From: an uncultured Muribaculaceae bacterium
GTDB lineage: Bacteria > Bacillota_I > Bacilli_A > RF39 > UBA660
Assembly: GCA_964551265.1 (NCBI GenBank)
Contig: CAZKBC010000001.1
Location: forward strand, 1-32,499
Direction of reading: 5' to 3'
DNA: 32,499 nucleotides
The notes under the pieces were generated by a model, which made no database searches, had not been told where the DNA came from, and worked only from the letters and a program-made list of their open reading frames with translations. Each line of letters begins with the position of its first letter. Within the stretch, counting starts at the first letter, position 1. The position numbers and the translations under genes are program-made. Below, piece after piece: positions 24,812-32,499 of this stretch.

Positions 24812-25375
24812 ATGAAAACGGGAGTTTATGTAGGAAGTTTTAATCCAGTACATAAAGGACACATAAAAGTAATAAACCATTTATTAATTAATAATATAGT
24901 AGATAAAGTAATTGTAATACCAACTAAAAACTATTGGGATAAGAACAACTTAATAGATATAAATGATCGGATCAATATGTTAAAGATATATGAAAATAAT
25001 AAAATAATTATAAATACTAATTTAAATGAATTACAATATACTTACCAAGTATTAGATGAATTAAAAAAAGAATATAAAGATCTATATTTAATAATTGGAG
25101 ATGACAATCTAATTAGTTTTGATAAGTGGAAAAATGTAGATGAAATATTAAAAAACAAAGTTATTGTAATGAAAAGAAACAATATAAATTTAAATCAATA
25201 CATAGAAAAGTTTACTAATAAAGATAGTTTTATTATAGTAAATGATTATGTACCGTTAGACATTTCCTCAACTCAAATTAGAAAATTAATTACTAATTGT
25301 GAAACAAAAGACTTAGAAAATTATTTGGATAAAAAGGTGTTAGATTATATATTGAAAAACAATCTTTATCAATAA
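24812..25375 (+). CDS. nadD: Nicotinate-nucleotide adenylyltransferase
   Basis: The real start is ATG 24812 (MKTGVYVGSFNPVHKGH), 5 nt after the AGGAGG at 24802-24807. It has the (H/T)xGH motif and a C-terminal ISSTQIR motif. Confidence 0.9.
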   Translation: MKTGVYVGSFNPVHKGHIKVINHLLINNIVDKVIVIPTKNYWDKNNLIDINDRINMLKIYENNKIIINTNLNELQYTYQVLDELKKEYKDLYLIIGDDNLISFDKWKNVDEILKNKVIVMKRNNINLNQYIEKFTNKDSFIIVNDYVPLDISSTQIRKLITNCETKDLENYLDKKVLDYILKNNLYQ

Positions 25376-25378
25376 AGT

Positions 25379-26065
25379 ATGGATATAATGAAGAAGATAA
25401 TAAAAGACTTTAAGCTAATTGAATGGATTATGATACTTTCTGTAATAATATTTACAATATACTTTGCTATTACTGATAAAACTAGTCCTACTTGGTATTT
25501 GATAATAAACTCTATCGCAGCTATATCTGGAATATTCTGTGTAGTACTATGTGCAAAAGGAAGAAAAAGCCAATATATATGGGGACTACTAAATATAGTT
25601 GGTTATGTAATAATAGCGTATATAAATAAATACTATGGAGAAGTAATGTTAAATGCATTATATTATTTACCTTCTCAGTTCATAGGTTATTATTTATGGA
25701 ACAAAAACATGAGTAAAGATAAAAAGACAGTAAGTAGCAAGAAACTTAATTTTAAGCAAACAATATTATTCTTAGTAGTGTGTGTAATAGGTATATATCT
25801 ATATAAGTTATCCTTAGACTTACTTGGGGGAAAAAATACAATTCTTGATAGTGAATCAACATTTATTTCATTATTTGCAAATATATTAATGTTAGCAAGA
25901 TATAGAGAACAGTGGTTATTATGGATAATTATTGATATAATAACAGTAGTAATGTGGTTATTAGTTAATGACTTAATAATGGTTACTATGTGGTCAGTAT
26001 ATTTAATAAATGCTTTCTATGGATATTATAATTGGAGTAAAATGTATGAAAGATCAAATGTTTAA
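25379..26065 (+). CDS. pnuC: Nicotinamide riboside transporter PnuC
   Basis: ~225 aa polytopic membrane protein with Trp-rich TM helices (…QYIWGLLNIVGYVIIAY…, …WLLWIIIDIITVVMWLL…). It sits directly upstream of nadR, as is typical for pnuC. Confidence 0.8.
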   Translation: MDIMKKIIKDFKLIEWIMILSVIIFTIYFAITDKTSPTWYLIINSIAAISGIFCVVLCAKGRKSQYIWGLLNIVGYVIIAYINKYYGEVMLNALYYLPSQFIGYYLWNKNMSKDKKTVSSKKLNFKQTILFLVVCVIGIYLYKLSLDLLGGKNTILDSESTFISLFANILMLARYREQWLLWIIIDIITVVMWLLVNDLIMVTMWSVYLINAFYGYYNWSKMYERSNV

Positions 26066-27083
26066 AGTTGGTATGTATGGAGGATCTTTTGATCCTCCTC
26101 ACATGGGCCATTTTCACGACATAATAAGAGCTTCATCTATGTGTGAAGAATTATTTGTAGTAATTAGCTGGTCAGAAAAAAGAGAATCTACAACAAAAGA
26201 ATTAAGATATAGATGGATAAATAATGCTTTCAAACATTTAGATAATATTAAAATATTATTATTACAAGATACCGCTAATAGTAAAGAAGAATATAATGAT
26301 AACTATTGGGAAAAAGGGGCTCTTGAAATTAAAAAAATGATTGGAAAGAAAATCGATGTAGTATTTTGTGGATCTGATTATCGCAAAACAAAAAGATTTG
26401 AAAATCTATATGGTGAAGACAGTGAAATAATATATTTTGAAAGAGAAGAAATACCTATTAGTTCAACAGACATAAGAACTAATGTTTTTAAGCATTGGAA
26501 TTACTTACCTCAAGTATGTAGACCATACTATGTAAAAAAAGTATTGATAGTCGGAGGAGAAAGCACTGGCAAGTCAACTTTAGTAAGAAATTTAGCGATA
26601 GCATACAACACCAATTATGTTAGAGAAGTTGGTAGAGAAACTTGTGATATAGCGGGCAAAGAAGAGTTTATGAATAAAGATGATTTGGTAGAAAACTTAT
26701 TAAGACAAAAAACACTAGAACTTGAAGCATTATATAATAGTAATAAAATATTATTTATTGATACAGACTCTATTACTACTAAGTTCTATTCAAAATTTTT
26801 ATTAAACAATTCTAATGATATAAAAGAATGCAGTAATCTTGCAGATTCTATTACAGCAATTAATAATTTTGATTTAGTTATATTATTAGAACCTACTGTT
26901 AAATTCATTCAAGATGGAACTAGAAACGAAAAGATTAGAAATAATAGAGATAAATATAGTGAGCAATTAAAACAATTATTAATTGAAAGTAAAAAAGAGT
27001 ATATTTCATTATCAGGAACATATTTAGAAAGATTTAATAAAACTAAACAGATAATAAAAGATAAATTTGATATAGATGTATAG
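26046..27083 (+). CDS. nadR: Bifunctional NMN adenylyltransferase / ribosylnicotinamide kinase (NadR type, no HTH domain)
   Basis: The likely start is ATG 26046 (GGAG 8 nt upstream), which overlaps the pnuC 3' end. GGSFDPPHMGH is the nucleotidyltransferase motif. The Walker A GGESTGKSTLVRNLA marks the kinase half. Confidence 0.85.
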   Translation: MKDQMFKVGMYGGSFDPPHMGHFHDIIRASSMCEELFVVISWSEKRESTTKELRYRWINNAFKHLDNIKILLLQDTANSKEEYNDNYWEKGALEIKKMIGKKIDVVFCGSDYRKTKRFENLYGEDSEIIYFEREEIPISSTDIRTNVFKHWNYLPQVCRPYYVKKVLIVGGESTGKSTLVRNLAIAYNTNYVREVGRETCDIAGKEEFMNKDDLVENLLRQKTLELEALYNSNKILFIDTDSITTKFYSKFLLNNSNDIKECSNLADSITAINNFDLVILLEPTVKFIQDGTRNEKIRNNRDKYSEQLKQLLIESKKEYISLSGTYLERFNKTKQIIKDKFDIDV

Positions 27084-27091
27084 GAGTATAT

Positions 27092-27565
27092 ATGAAAGAA
27101 ATAATTGATTATTTAAAAAAGAACAATTTAAGAATATCAACTATGGAATCATGTACTGGAGGATTTATTGCTAATTCTATCACTAATAATGAAGGTTCAA
27201 GTGAAGTTTTTTATTTTGGTGCGGTAACATATTCAAATGAATATAAAATAAAATTAGGTGTTTCAAAAGATATAATAGATAAGTTTACTGTATATAGTAT
27301 TGAAACAGCTAAAGAAATGTCTAAAGCAATATCTATATATACAAATTCTAATTATGGTGTTGGTGTTACTGGTAAAATTAATAAAGTAGATAAGAATAAT
27401 CTTTTTGGAAATAATAATGAAATATATATTAGTATCTATGATACTATTAATAAATCTTTTTATACAAAATCATTATTAACTAAATATAAAGATAGAGAAA
27501 AAAACAAAGAGTATATTTTAGAAAATTTGATTGTTCTGTTTAAAGAGAATATAATGATATCCTAG
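27092..27565 (+). CDS. pncC: CinA C-terminal-domain / PncC nicotinamide-mononucleotide amidohydrolase
   Basis: ISTMESCTGGFIANSIT matches the …T.ESCTGG.la… signature of CinA/PncC. ~157 aa stand-alone domain. Confidence 0.8.
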   Translation: MKEIIDYLKKNNLRISTMESCTGGFIANSITNNEGSSEVFYFGAVTYSNEYKIKLGVSKDIIDKFTVYSIETAKEMSKAISIYTNSNYGVGVTGKINKVDKNNLFGNNNEIYISIYDTINKSFYTKSLLTKYKDREKNKEYILENLIVLFKENIMIS

Positions 27566-27578
27566 GAAAGAGGTATAT

Positions 27579-29573
27579 ATGAAAGAACTTGAAGCCTTAA
27601 AAAATAGAACTAATGAAAATTGGATTAATTACTTAGTTAAAACAAAAGAGAAAAACTTTAATTATGAAAGAATAAATTCATTAACTGAATTATCAAACAA
27701 ATTAGTATATAACTATGTATTAAATTCTTTTGAAGTATTAGAAACAAATAAAGTAGATGAAAAAGTATATTATTATGTTTCTGAAACTTTAAAGTGGATG
27801 GAAGTAGCAAAAGCTGGTTCTAGTAAGGATAGAAAAAAATGGACTGTAAATAATTATGATTTATATGTTCATAATATAGGTTCTTCAGAAATATATTGCT
27901 CTGAAAATGAGAACTATGATGAAGTTGTAAGGGTATTAATTAAAACTCATGGACTAATAGGTCAATATATAAGAGGGGAAGTCAACTTAAATAAAAATAA
28001 AGAATTATATGATTTAATAGAAAAAAAATTAATTACAAAAGAATTGCTTAAAGAAGTATTAATAGTATTAAATGAATGTGTTGTAAAACCAGTATCAGAT
28101 GATTTATATGAATCTATAAAAAAAGAAATAGTAATTGCAATTGAGAAAATTATTAACAATGATTTTGAAGAGGATATAGATTTATTAGATAGATTAAAAA
28201 AAATTAATAAACATTTAAACGAAGAAGATTTAATATTGATAGAAGACAATAATATTAAAAAGGCATTAAAAAAAGTATTTGATAATCTTGAACTTTGGTA
28301 TTATGAAGGAGCTTTAAAGAATTTCAGTTTTGAAGAAAGAATTAAAGTATTATTATATATTTCTAATAGTATTAGTTTTAATGATAACCATTTAACATTT
28401 GAAAAATTAATGAAAAGTATATATTTTGATTACAAAGGTAAAAAAATTGTTAATATATATAAAAAAAGAATTATAGAAAGTATGCTAAGTGAATTAAGTT
28501 TTGAAGATATAATTAATAATAATATTAAAACTAATCCTCATATAAGATTTAATTTAAAAAGAACATCAAATACGATGTTGTTTAATTTTGTCTTTTCTAT
28601 TCAAGCTACTAAATTAATAGAGTTTTGTGAAGTAGCGTACACTAGTAATTCCCTATATAATAAAGCTGTTTATATGTTATATGACTTATTTGGTTTTAGA
28701 AGAGATAGATATGATAGATTTTATAATGAAGTAAATTACTTAAATACAATGAATGCATCTACTCACAATAAAAAAATATTGATAGATTTTATAGTAGGAA
28801 AAAACGTATTAGATGTTGGACCTGGTGGAGGAGCATTATTAAACTTAATTGAAGAATCTAATAATAAATATAATGTATTTGGAATTGATATATCAGAGAA
28901 TGTAATAGAAGAATTAGCTAGGAAAAAAGAAATAGAAAATAGGAAATGGAAAATAGTAAAAGGTGATGCTTTATATTTAGAAAAACATTTTGAAAAAGAT
29001 AGCATAGATACCATTATCTATTCATCTATAATACATGAATTATATTCATATACAAATTATAATGGTAAGAAATTTAATATAGATACAGTAATAAAAACAC
29101 TTCAATCTGCATATAATATAATTCCAAAGGGTGGAAGAATTATTATTAGAGATGGTATTATGACTGAACCTATAGATCAATATAGAATTATTGAATTTAA
29201 TAATATAAAAGATTTAGAAATATTAGATAATTATTGTAATGATTTTAAAGGTAGAAAAATATCATATGAAAAAATAGATGAAAACAAAGTAAAGATGCTT
29301 ATAAATGACGCTATGGAATTTCTTTATACTTATACTTGGGGAGAAAATTCATATTCGCTTGAAGTACAAGAACAATTTGGATATTTAACCCCAACTGAAT
29401 ACATTGAATTAATTGAAACCAATTTAAAAGACTCAAGAGTAATAGAAATAAAGGCATTCTTACAAAGTGGATATGAAGAAAACTTATTAAATAAAATTTC
29501 AATATATAATGAAGATATGAAAGTAGTAAAATTACCAAATAGTACTTGTATAATAGTTATAGAAAGGAATTAA
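27579..29573 (+). CDS. 664-aa fusion: unrecognised ~390-aa N-terminal domain + class I SAM-dependent methyltransferase
   Basis: Motif I is VLDVGPGGGALL (28806-28841). Further motifs are an acidic residue after beta-2 (VFGIDISE), GDAL, DTIIYSSIIHELYSY and GGRIIIRDG. The N-terminal half contains …YVHNIGSSEIY…LIKTHGLIGQYIRGE…, which is faintly HDIG-like but not assignable. Confidence 0.55.
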   Translation: MKELEALKNRTNENWINYLVKTKEKNFNYERINSLTELSNKLVYNYVLNSFEVLETNKVDEKVYYYVSETLKWMEVAKAGSSKDRKKWTVNNYDLYVHNIGSSEIYCSENENYDEVVRVLIKTHGLIGQYIRGEVNLNKNKELYDLIEKKLITKELLKEVLIVLNECVVKPVSDDLYESIKKEIVIAIEKIINNDFEEDIDLLDRLKKINKHLNEEDLILIEDNNIKKALKKVFDNLELWYYEGALKNFSFEERIKVLLYISNSISFNDNHLTFEKLMKSIYFDYKGKKIVNIYKKRIIESMLSELSFEDIINNNIKTNPHIRFNLKRTSNTMLFNFVFSIQATKLIEFCEVAYTSNSLYNKAVYMLYDLFGFRRDRYDRFYNEVNYLNTMNASTHNKKILIDFIVGKNVLDVGPGGGALLNLIEESNNKYNVFGIDISENVIEELARKKEIENRKWKIVKGDALYLEKHFEKDSIDTIIYSSIIHELYSYTNYNGKKFNIDTVIKTLQSAYNIIPKGGRIIIRDGIMTEPIDQYRIIEFNNIKDLEILDNYCNDFKGRKISYEKIDENKVKMLINDAMEFLYTYTWGENSYSLEVQEQFGYLTPTEYIELIETNLKDSRVIEIKAFLQSGYEENLLNKISIYNEDMKVVKLPNSTCIIVIERN

Positions 29574-29574
29574 T

Positions 29575-30390
29575 ATGAAGTATAAAAATGAAAAAGAATT
29601 TTTAAAAGCATATAATCCAAATGAATATGAAAAATTGTCAATGACAGTAGATATTGTTATTTTTAGTGTTTCAAGTGGAGAAAAAGAAAATTATAGAAAA
29701 CTTAATAATAAATATTTCTCTGTGCTATTGGTTAAAAGAGATGATTATCCTTTTAAAGATAAATGGTGCTTACCAGGTGGATTTATAAAAATTGATGAGA
29801 ACTTAGATGAAGCTCCAAAAAGAATATTGAAAAATGAAACGAATCTAAAAGATATATATATGGAACAACTATATACATTTGGAGAAATAAATAGAGATCC
29901 TAGAATGAGAATAGTAAGTACATCATATTTAGCGTTAATAGATAAAAAAGAATTAAAGGAAGAATTAGTTAATAATGCATCTTGGTTTAATATTAATTTT
30001 AAAGAAGATGAAAAAAGAATTATAATTACATTAAATAACGAGAAAGAAAACTTTACAATAAAAATTAAAAAAACACTATATGAAAGAACTACTGATAGAT
30101 ATAAGTATACTATAGAAGAAGACAATAATTTAGCGTTTGATCACGCTATAGTAATAGCTTCTGGTATATCTAGATTAAAGAATAAATTAGAATATACTGA
30201 TATTGTGTTTAATATGATGCCTGATGAATTTACCTTAGGAGAATTACAACAAGTATATGAAGTTATATTAGGAAGAAAATTATTGGATCCTGCATTTAGA
30301 AGAATCATTGCTAATAAAGTTGAAAAAACTGGTAATATGAAAACAGGTGGAGGACATAGACCATCAGTCTTATTTAGATACAAGAGATAA
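29575..30390 (+). CDS. nrtR: NrtR-family Nudix-related transcriptional regulator of NAD metabolism
   Basis: The N-terminal Nudix fold has a degenerate box (GGFIKIDENLDEAPKRILKNETNL; the REx2EE glutamates are partly lost). The C-terminal winged-helix segment FTLGELQQVYEVILGRKLLDPAFRRII (30229-30309) matches the NrtR F-T-L..LQ..YE.ILG…FRR signature. It starts 1 nt after the previous stop. Confidence 0.8.
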   Translation: MKYKNEKEFLKAYNPNEYEKLSMTVDIVIFSVSSGEKENYRKLNNKYFSVLLVKRDDYPFKDKWCLPGGFIKIDENLDEAPKRILKNETNLKDIYMEQLYTFGEINRDPRMRIVSTSYLALIDKKELKEELVNNASWFNINFKEDEKRIIITLNNEKENFTIKIKKTLYERTTDRYKYTIEEDNNLAFDHAIVIASGISRLKNKLEYTDIVFNMMPDEFTLGELQQVYEVILGRKLLDPAFRRIIANKVEKTGNMKTGGGHRPSVLFRYKR

Positions 30391-30413
30391 AGTTTAGTTA
30401 TATTAAGTGAATC

Positions 30414-30447
30414 CAAAAAAACAAACTTATTTAAGTTTGTTCTCTTC
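30414..30447. terminator. Hairpin terminator between convergent nrtR and the 191-aa gene
   Basis: AACAAACTT (30420-30428), an ATTT loop, then AAGTTTGTT (30433-30441). The A6 run on the left gives a clean U-tract for the minus-strand transcript. The right flank, CTCTTCTATT, is only T-rich. Confidence 0.65.
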
Positions 30448-30470
30448 TATTAATTATATTTTTTTGTTTT

Positions 30471-31046
30471 CTATGCAATTACTTTCTTTAGAGTTTTAAC
30501 CAATTTTTCTTGTAAAACCGGTCTTGCAAACTTATCTTCTAAGCTTAATATACTATTCATGTATCTATCATAGGCTTTATCATATTCTTGATTTTCTATT
30601 GCAACAACACAATAATCAACAACATTATCATATATATAATCATATACTATATTTTTATATTCATTATTATCTATTGCTTCTACTATAAGGGGAGCAGTTA
30701 CATAGTAATGTTCTACATTATTTTTTGAAACAAAATTATCTCTAAACCATCTAAGAACTTTTAGTTCATAGCAATTATCATCAAAATTATTTGAATAATG
30801 TTTCATACATGCAGATGTTATATAACAACCCCCAGATGATTTCTCGTTTTCTCCATTAACATTATCAATTGAATCCCAAGTTCCCTTTTCGTAGTCAACT
30901 TTTACATGAATTGATTTGTGATCTTTTTCTGAAGGATCTTTGTCATAAAAATCTATTTTGCTTCCTTTATCGCCATCATATCCATTTATTTTGATAAACA
31001 TTCCCTTTTCGTTTTCATATCCTTTACCACGAGGACCATTTCCCAT
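30471..31046 (-). CDS. 191-aa protein: Gly/Asp/Lys-rich N-terminal ~70 aa + conserved Cys-motif domain of unknown function
   Basis: The motif C-Y-I-T-S-A-C-x11-C-Y-E-L-x2-L-R-W-F-R-D (aa 74-103; nt 30738-30827) is followed by YYVTAPLIVEAI. It resembles a widespread uncharacterised C[FY]I[TA]TA…C.EL..LR.FRD module that I recognise but cannot name. Confidence 0.5.
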   Translation of the reverse strand: MGNGPRGKGYENEKGMFIKINGYDGDKGSKIDFYDKDPSEKDHKSIHVKVDYEKGTWDSIDNVNGENEKSSGGCYITSACMKHYSNNFDDNCYELKVLRWFRDNFVSKNNVEHYYVTAPLIVEAIDNNEYKNIVYDYIYDNVVDYCVVAIENQEYDKAYDRYMNSILSLEDKFARPVLQEKLVKTLKKVIA

Positions 31047-31053
31047 ATTATTT

Positions 31054-31425
31054 TTATCCTTTCATTTCTAGTTGTGTTTTTCTTAAATACATTATTATTT
31101 CATACCATATAACTATTTCATCAGCTAATTCGCTTTCTTCTCCCATTTTTAAATCAAATAAACATTTTTCTTTTAGTTTATCTAATTTGTAGTAAACATC
31201 AAGAAGAGGGACCTGGTTTATTAATGACAAATCTTTTTTAATTTCGTATTCTGCAGCCCAATTAAGGATAATAGAAAACAATTCTATATATTCCGAACGA
31301 ATCTCTTTATAGGAGTCTAATACTGTTACAATTGAGAGCGGACCAAGTAAACGAGTAAAAGCCAAGGATATGTTGTGTTTTGATAGATTATTTGTATCAA
31401 ACCCTATATCTTTTTCTTTTTTCAT
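31054..31425 (-). CDS. 123-aa hypothetical protein, co-transcribed upstream partner of the Cys-motif protein
   Basis: Strong RBS AAGGTGGTGAGG. It ends 7 nt before the next start. Predicted helical, with no motifs recognised. Confidence 0.5.
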   Translation of the reverse strand: MKKEKDIGFDTNNLSKHNISLAFTRLLGPLSIVTVLDSYKEIRSEYIELFSIILNWAAEYEIKKDLSLINQVPLLDVYYKLDKLKEKCLFDLKMGEESELADEIVIWYEIIMYLRKTQLEMKG

Positions 31426-31558
31426 TATAACCTCACCACCTTATTTTTGCTATTAATCATATTACTTATTATATTACTCTAAATATTAATATTAGCAAGA
31501 TATATTTATTAAAAGACAATATTTTAAATATAAGAATAGATAGTAATTTTATAAAGTT

Positions 31559-31918
31559 TTAGTTTCGACTATTTATTATTAGAGCTCCTATAGAAGCAAT
31601 TGTAAAGTCAATTCCTTCAATATATAATTCATCTATAAGAGAACACTCTCCAATTAAGTATGATGATTCTTTGGAAACCAAATCATATTCTTTTAAGTCA
31701 ATATTGTATATATCATTAGTTTTAACATATATTTTCTTCCAAGATGTAACTTTTTCCAATATTAATGATAAATTGTTTTTTAATTCATCTATAGTAATTT
31801 TTGAATTCCAATGTATTAATTCGTTGATAATTTTGTTGGGATCATTTTTAATAACTGATAAGGCTAAATTCAAATGCTTAATAAGAAAATTAAAGTTTTT
31901 TAATAACTCATTTTTCAT
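31559..31918 (-). CDS. ~119-aa hypothetical protein
   Basis: The track ORF starts at 31945, but the AAGGAG RBS (31930-31925) is placed 6 nt upstream of the internal ATG at 31918 (MKNELLKNF…). No motifs recognised. Confidence 0.45.
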   Translation of the reverse strand: MKNELLKNFNFLIKHLNLALSVIKNDPNKIINELIHWNSKITIDELKNNLSLILEKVTSWKKIYVKTNDIYNIDLKEYDLVSKESSYLIGECSLIDELYIEGIDFTIASIGALIINSRN

Positions 31919-32037
31919 AAATTTCTCCTTAACATATATAATCACATTATATATCTAATATACTACTAATAATAAAAATATCAAGTAATGCTAGGAGTAT
32001 TTACCAACAAAGTATTAATATAATAATAACAGTGAAT

Positions 32038-32065
32038 TTGACATTTAATAAAATGGTGATATTAT
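32038..32065 (+). promoter_or_regulatory. sigma-A-type promoter with extended -10
   Basis: TTGACA (32038-32043), a 16 nt spacer, then TATTAT (32060-32065), preceded by TGa. Confidence 0.5.
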
Positions 32066-32092
32066 ATTAATCGATTTATTTATGGAGGCAAT

Positions 32093-32410
32093 ATGAAAGA
32101 AAAATTAATCAAATGTTCAAAAATTAGTGTTGATTTTATTGAGAATGATCCAGTAGATGTTAAATGTGGAGGGCCAAAATATTTAGGATTTGATTTCTTC
32201 GTTAAAAATGAGGAAGATGAGAATATGATAAAGTTTATTGACGGAACTTTAACAGAACTTAAAGTGCCTTGTTATAGAATCTATGTTAATGGAATTTTTG
32301 ATTTAAATCCAAACAAAGTATGGAGCAAAGAAAAAATAATTACTACAATAAAAAATGACGCAGATGAATTAATACAAGAATCACATCGCAGCTATAGTAA
32401 AAGAAGATAA
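32093..32410 (+). CDS. 105-aa hypothetical protein
   Basis: RBS GGAGG 5 nt upstream and a clean terminator downstream. No motifs recognised. Confidence 0.5.
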   Translation: MKEKLIKCSKISVDFIENDPVDVKCGGPKYLGFDFFVKNEEDENMIKFIDGTLTELKVPCYRIYVNGIFDLNPNKVWSKEKIITTIKNDADELIQESHRSYSKRR

Positions 32411-32414
32411 GAAA

Positions 32415-32446
32415 AAAACTCAGAGTAATCTGAGTTTTGCTTTTTT
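32415..32446 (+). terminator. Rho-independent terminator
   Basis: AAAACTCAGA (32415-32424), a GTAA loop, then TCTGAGTTTT (32429-32438), then GCTTTTTT. Confidence 0.85.
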
Positions 32447-32499
32447 ATGGAGCGGGTGATGAGTGTATTTACAACTCTAATAGTGAATTGATAAAATAT

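Noticed and set aside
21422-30390. NAD gene cluster as a phage-type NAD-reconstitution (anti-defence) module or as part of an NAD-depleting defence system
   Set aside because: There are no phage structural, integrase, SIR2, TIR or other NADase-like genes nearby. The content is the classical PncA/PncB, PnuC/NadR and NadD/NadE salvage set under an NrtR-type regulator, which points to host housekeeping metabolism.
768-31958. The other 62-142-aa opposite-strand ORFs in the track (768-956, 1448-1639, 2911-3111, 4410-4616, 5566-5901, 9050-9238, 9569-9793, 11985-12293, 13996-14184, 18067-18495, 22808-23068, 23175-23363, 23576-23842, 27962-28249, 28763-29014, 29311-29538, 29745-30125, 30141-30416, 31671-31958)
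   Set aside because: Each lies largely or wholly inside a longer gene on the other strand that has recognisable domains or good start signals; a few run slightly into the flanking intergenic spacer or a neighbouring gene. The translations are low-complexity and rich in Leu, Ile, Phe and Ser, as expected for antisense frames of AT-rich coding DNA. I saw no RBSs.
32447-32499. GGAGCGGGTGATGAG… at the right edge as the 5' end of a tRNA or other structured RNA
   Set aside because: It has no D-arm consensus (no TAGCTCAGTTGG-like element), and the window ends before any fold can be judged.
1-32499. CRISPR arrays, IS elements/transposases, integrases, rRNA or tRNA genes, long direct or inverted DNA repeats marking island borders
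   Set aside because: None was seen on either strand. The only repeats are intragenic coding repeats in the giant gene and short regulatory palindromes.

Overview
Very AT-rich, Bacillota (Firmicutes)-style chromosomal DNA. It reads with the standard code (TGA, TAA and TAG all close long ORFs), is almost fully coding, and has AGGAGG-type RBSs. All calls come from by-eye motif recognition; no searches were run. The window falls into five blocks. (1) 1-14103 is the downstream part of a type VIIb secretion (T7SSb/Ess) locus. It holds a 5'-truncated protein ending in an alpha/beta-hydrolase domain, essC, a YukD/EsaB-like protein and three ~90-100 aa helical WXG100-like proteins with degenerate W-x-G motifs. 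It also holds a 1665-aa giant protein built from repeats, a 470-aa protein with a WXG-like N-terminus, and an acidic membrane-anchored protein. (2) 14131-15187 is rplM-rpsI with a consensus promoter and a terminator. (3) 15262-21272 looks accessory. A zinc phospholipase-C-family gene lies divergent from an Abi_2 (AbiD/AbiF-type) gene. That Abi_2 gene is chained without terminators to htrA and then to an NrdD-like protein. The NrdD-like protein keeps its ATP-cone but has lost the radical-chemistry residues and the whole glycyl-radical C-terminus. A convergent nucleotidyltransferase closes the block. (4) 21327-30447 is a ten-gene, single-promoter NAD salvage operon: pncA-pncB-nudix-nadE-nadD-pnuC-nadR-pncC-[664 aa unknown domain + methyltransferase]-nrtR. 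Two perfect palindromes bracket its consensus promoter. (5) 30471-32446 holds four small orphan genes, one with a Cys-motif domain. I saw no rRNA, tRNA, CRISPR array, transposase, integrase or long DNA repeat. The best candidates for undescribed biology, in order: the catalytically dead ATP-cone NrdD homolog and its Abi_2-HtrA-NrdD-like gene chain; the modular giant T7SS-associated protein; and the uncharacterised 664-aa fusion protein inside the NrtR-controlled NAD operon.
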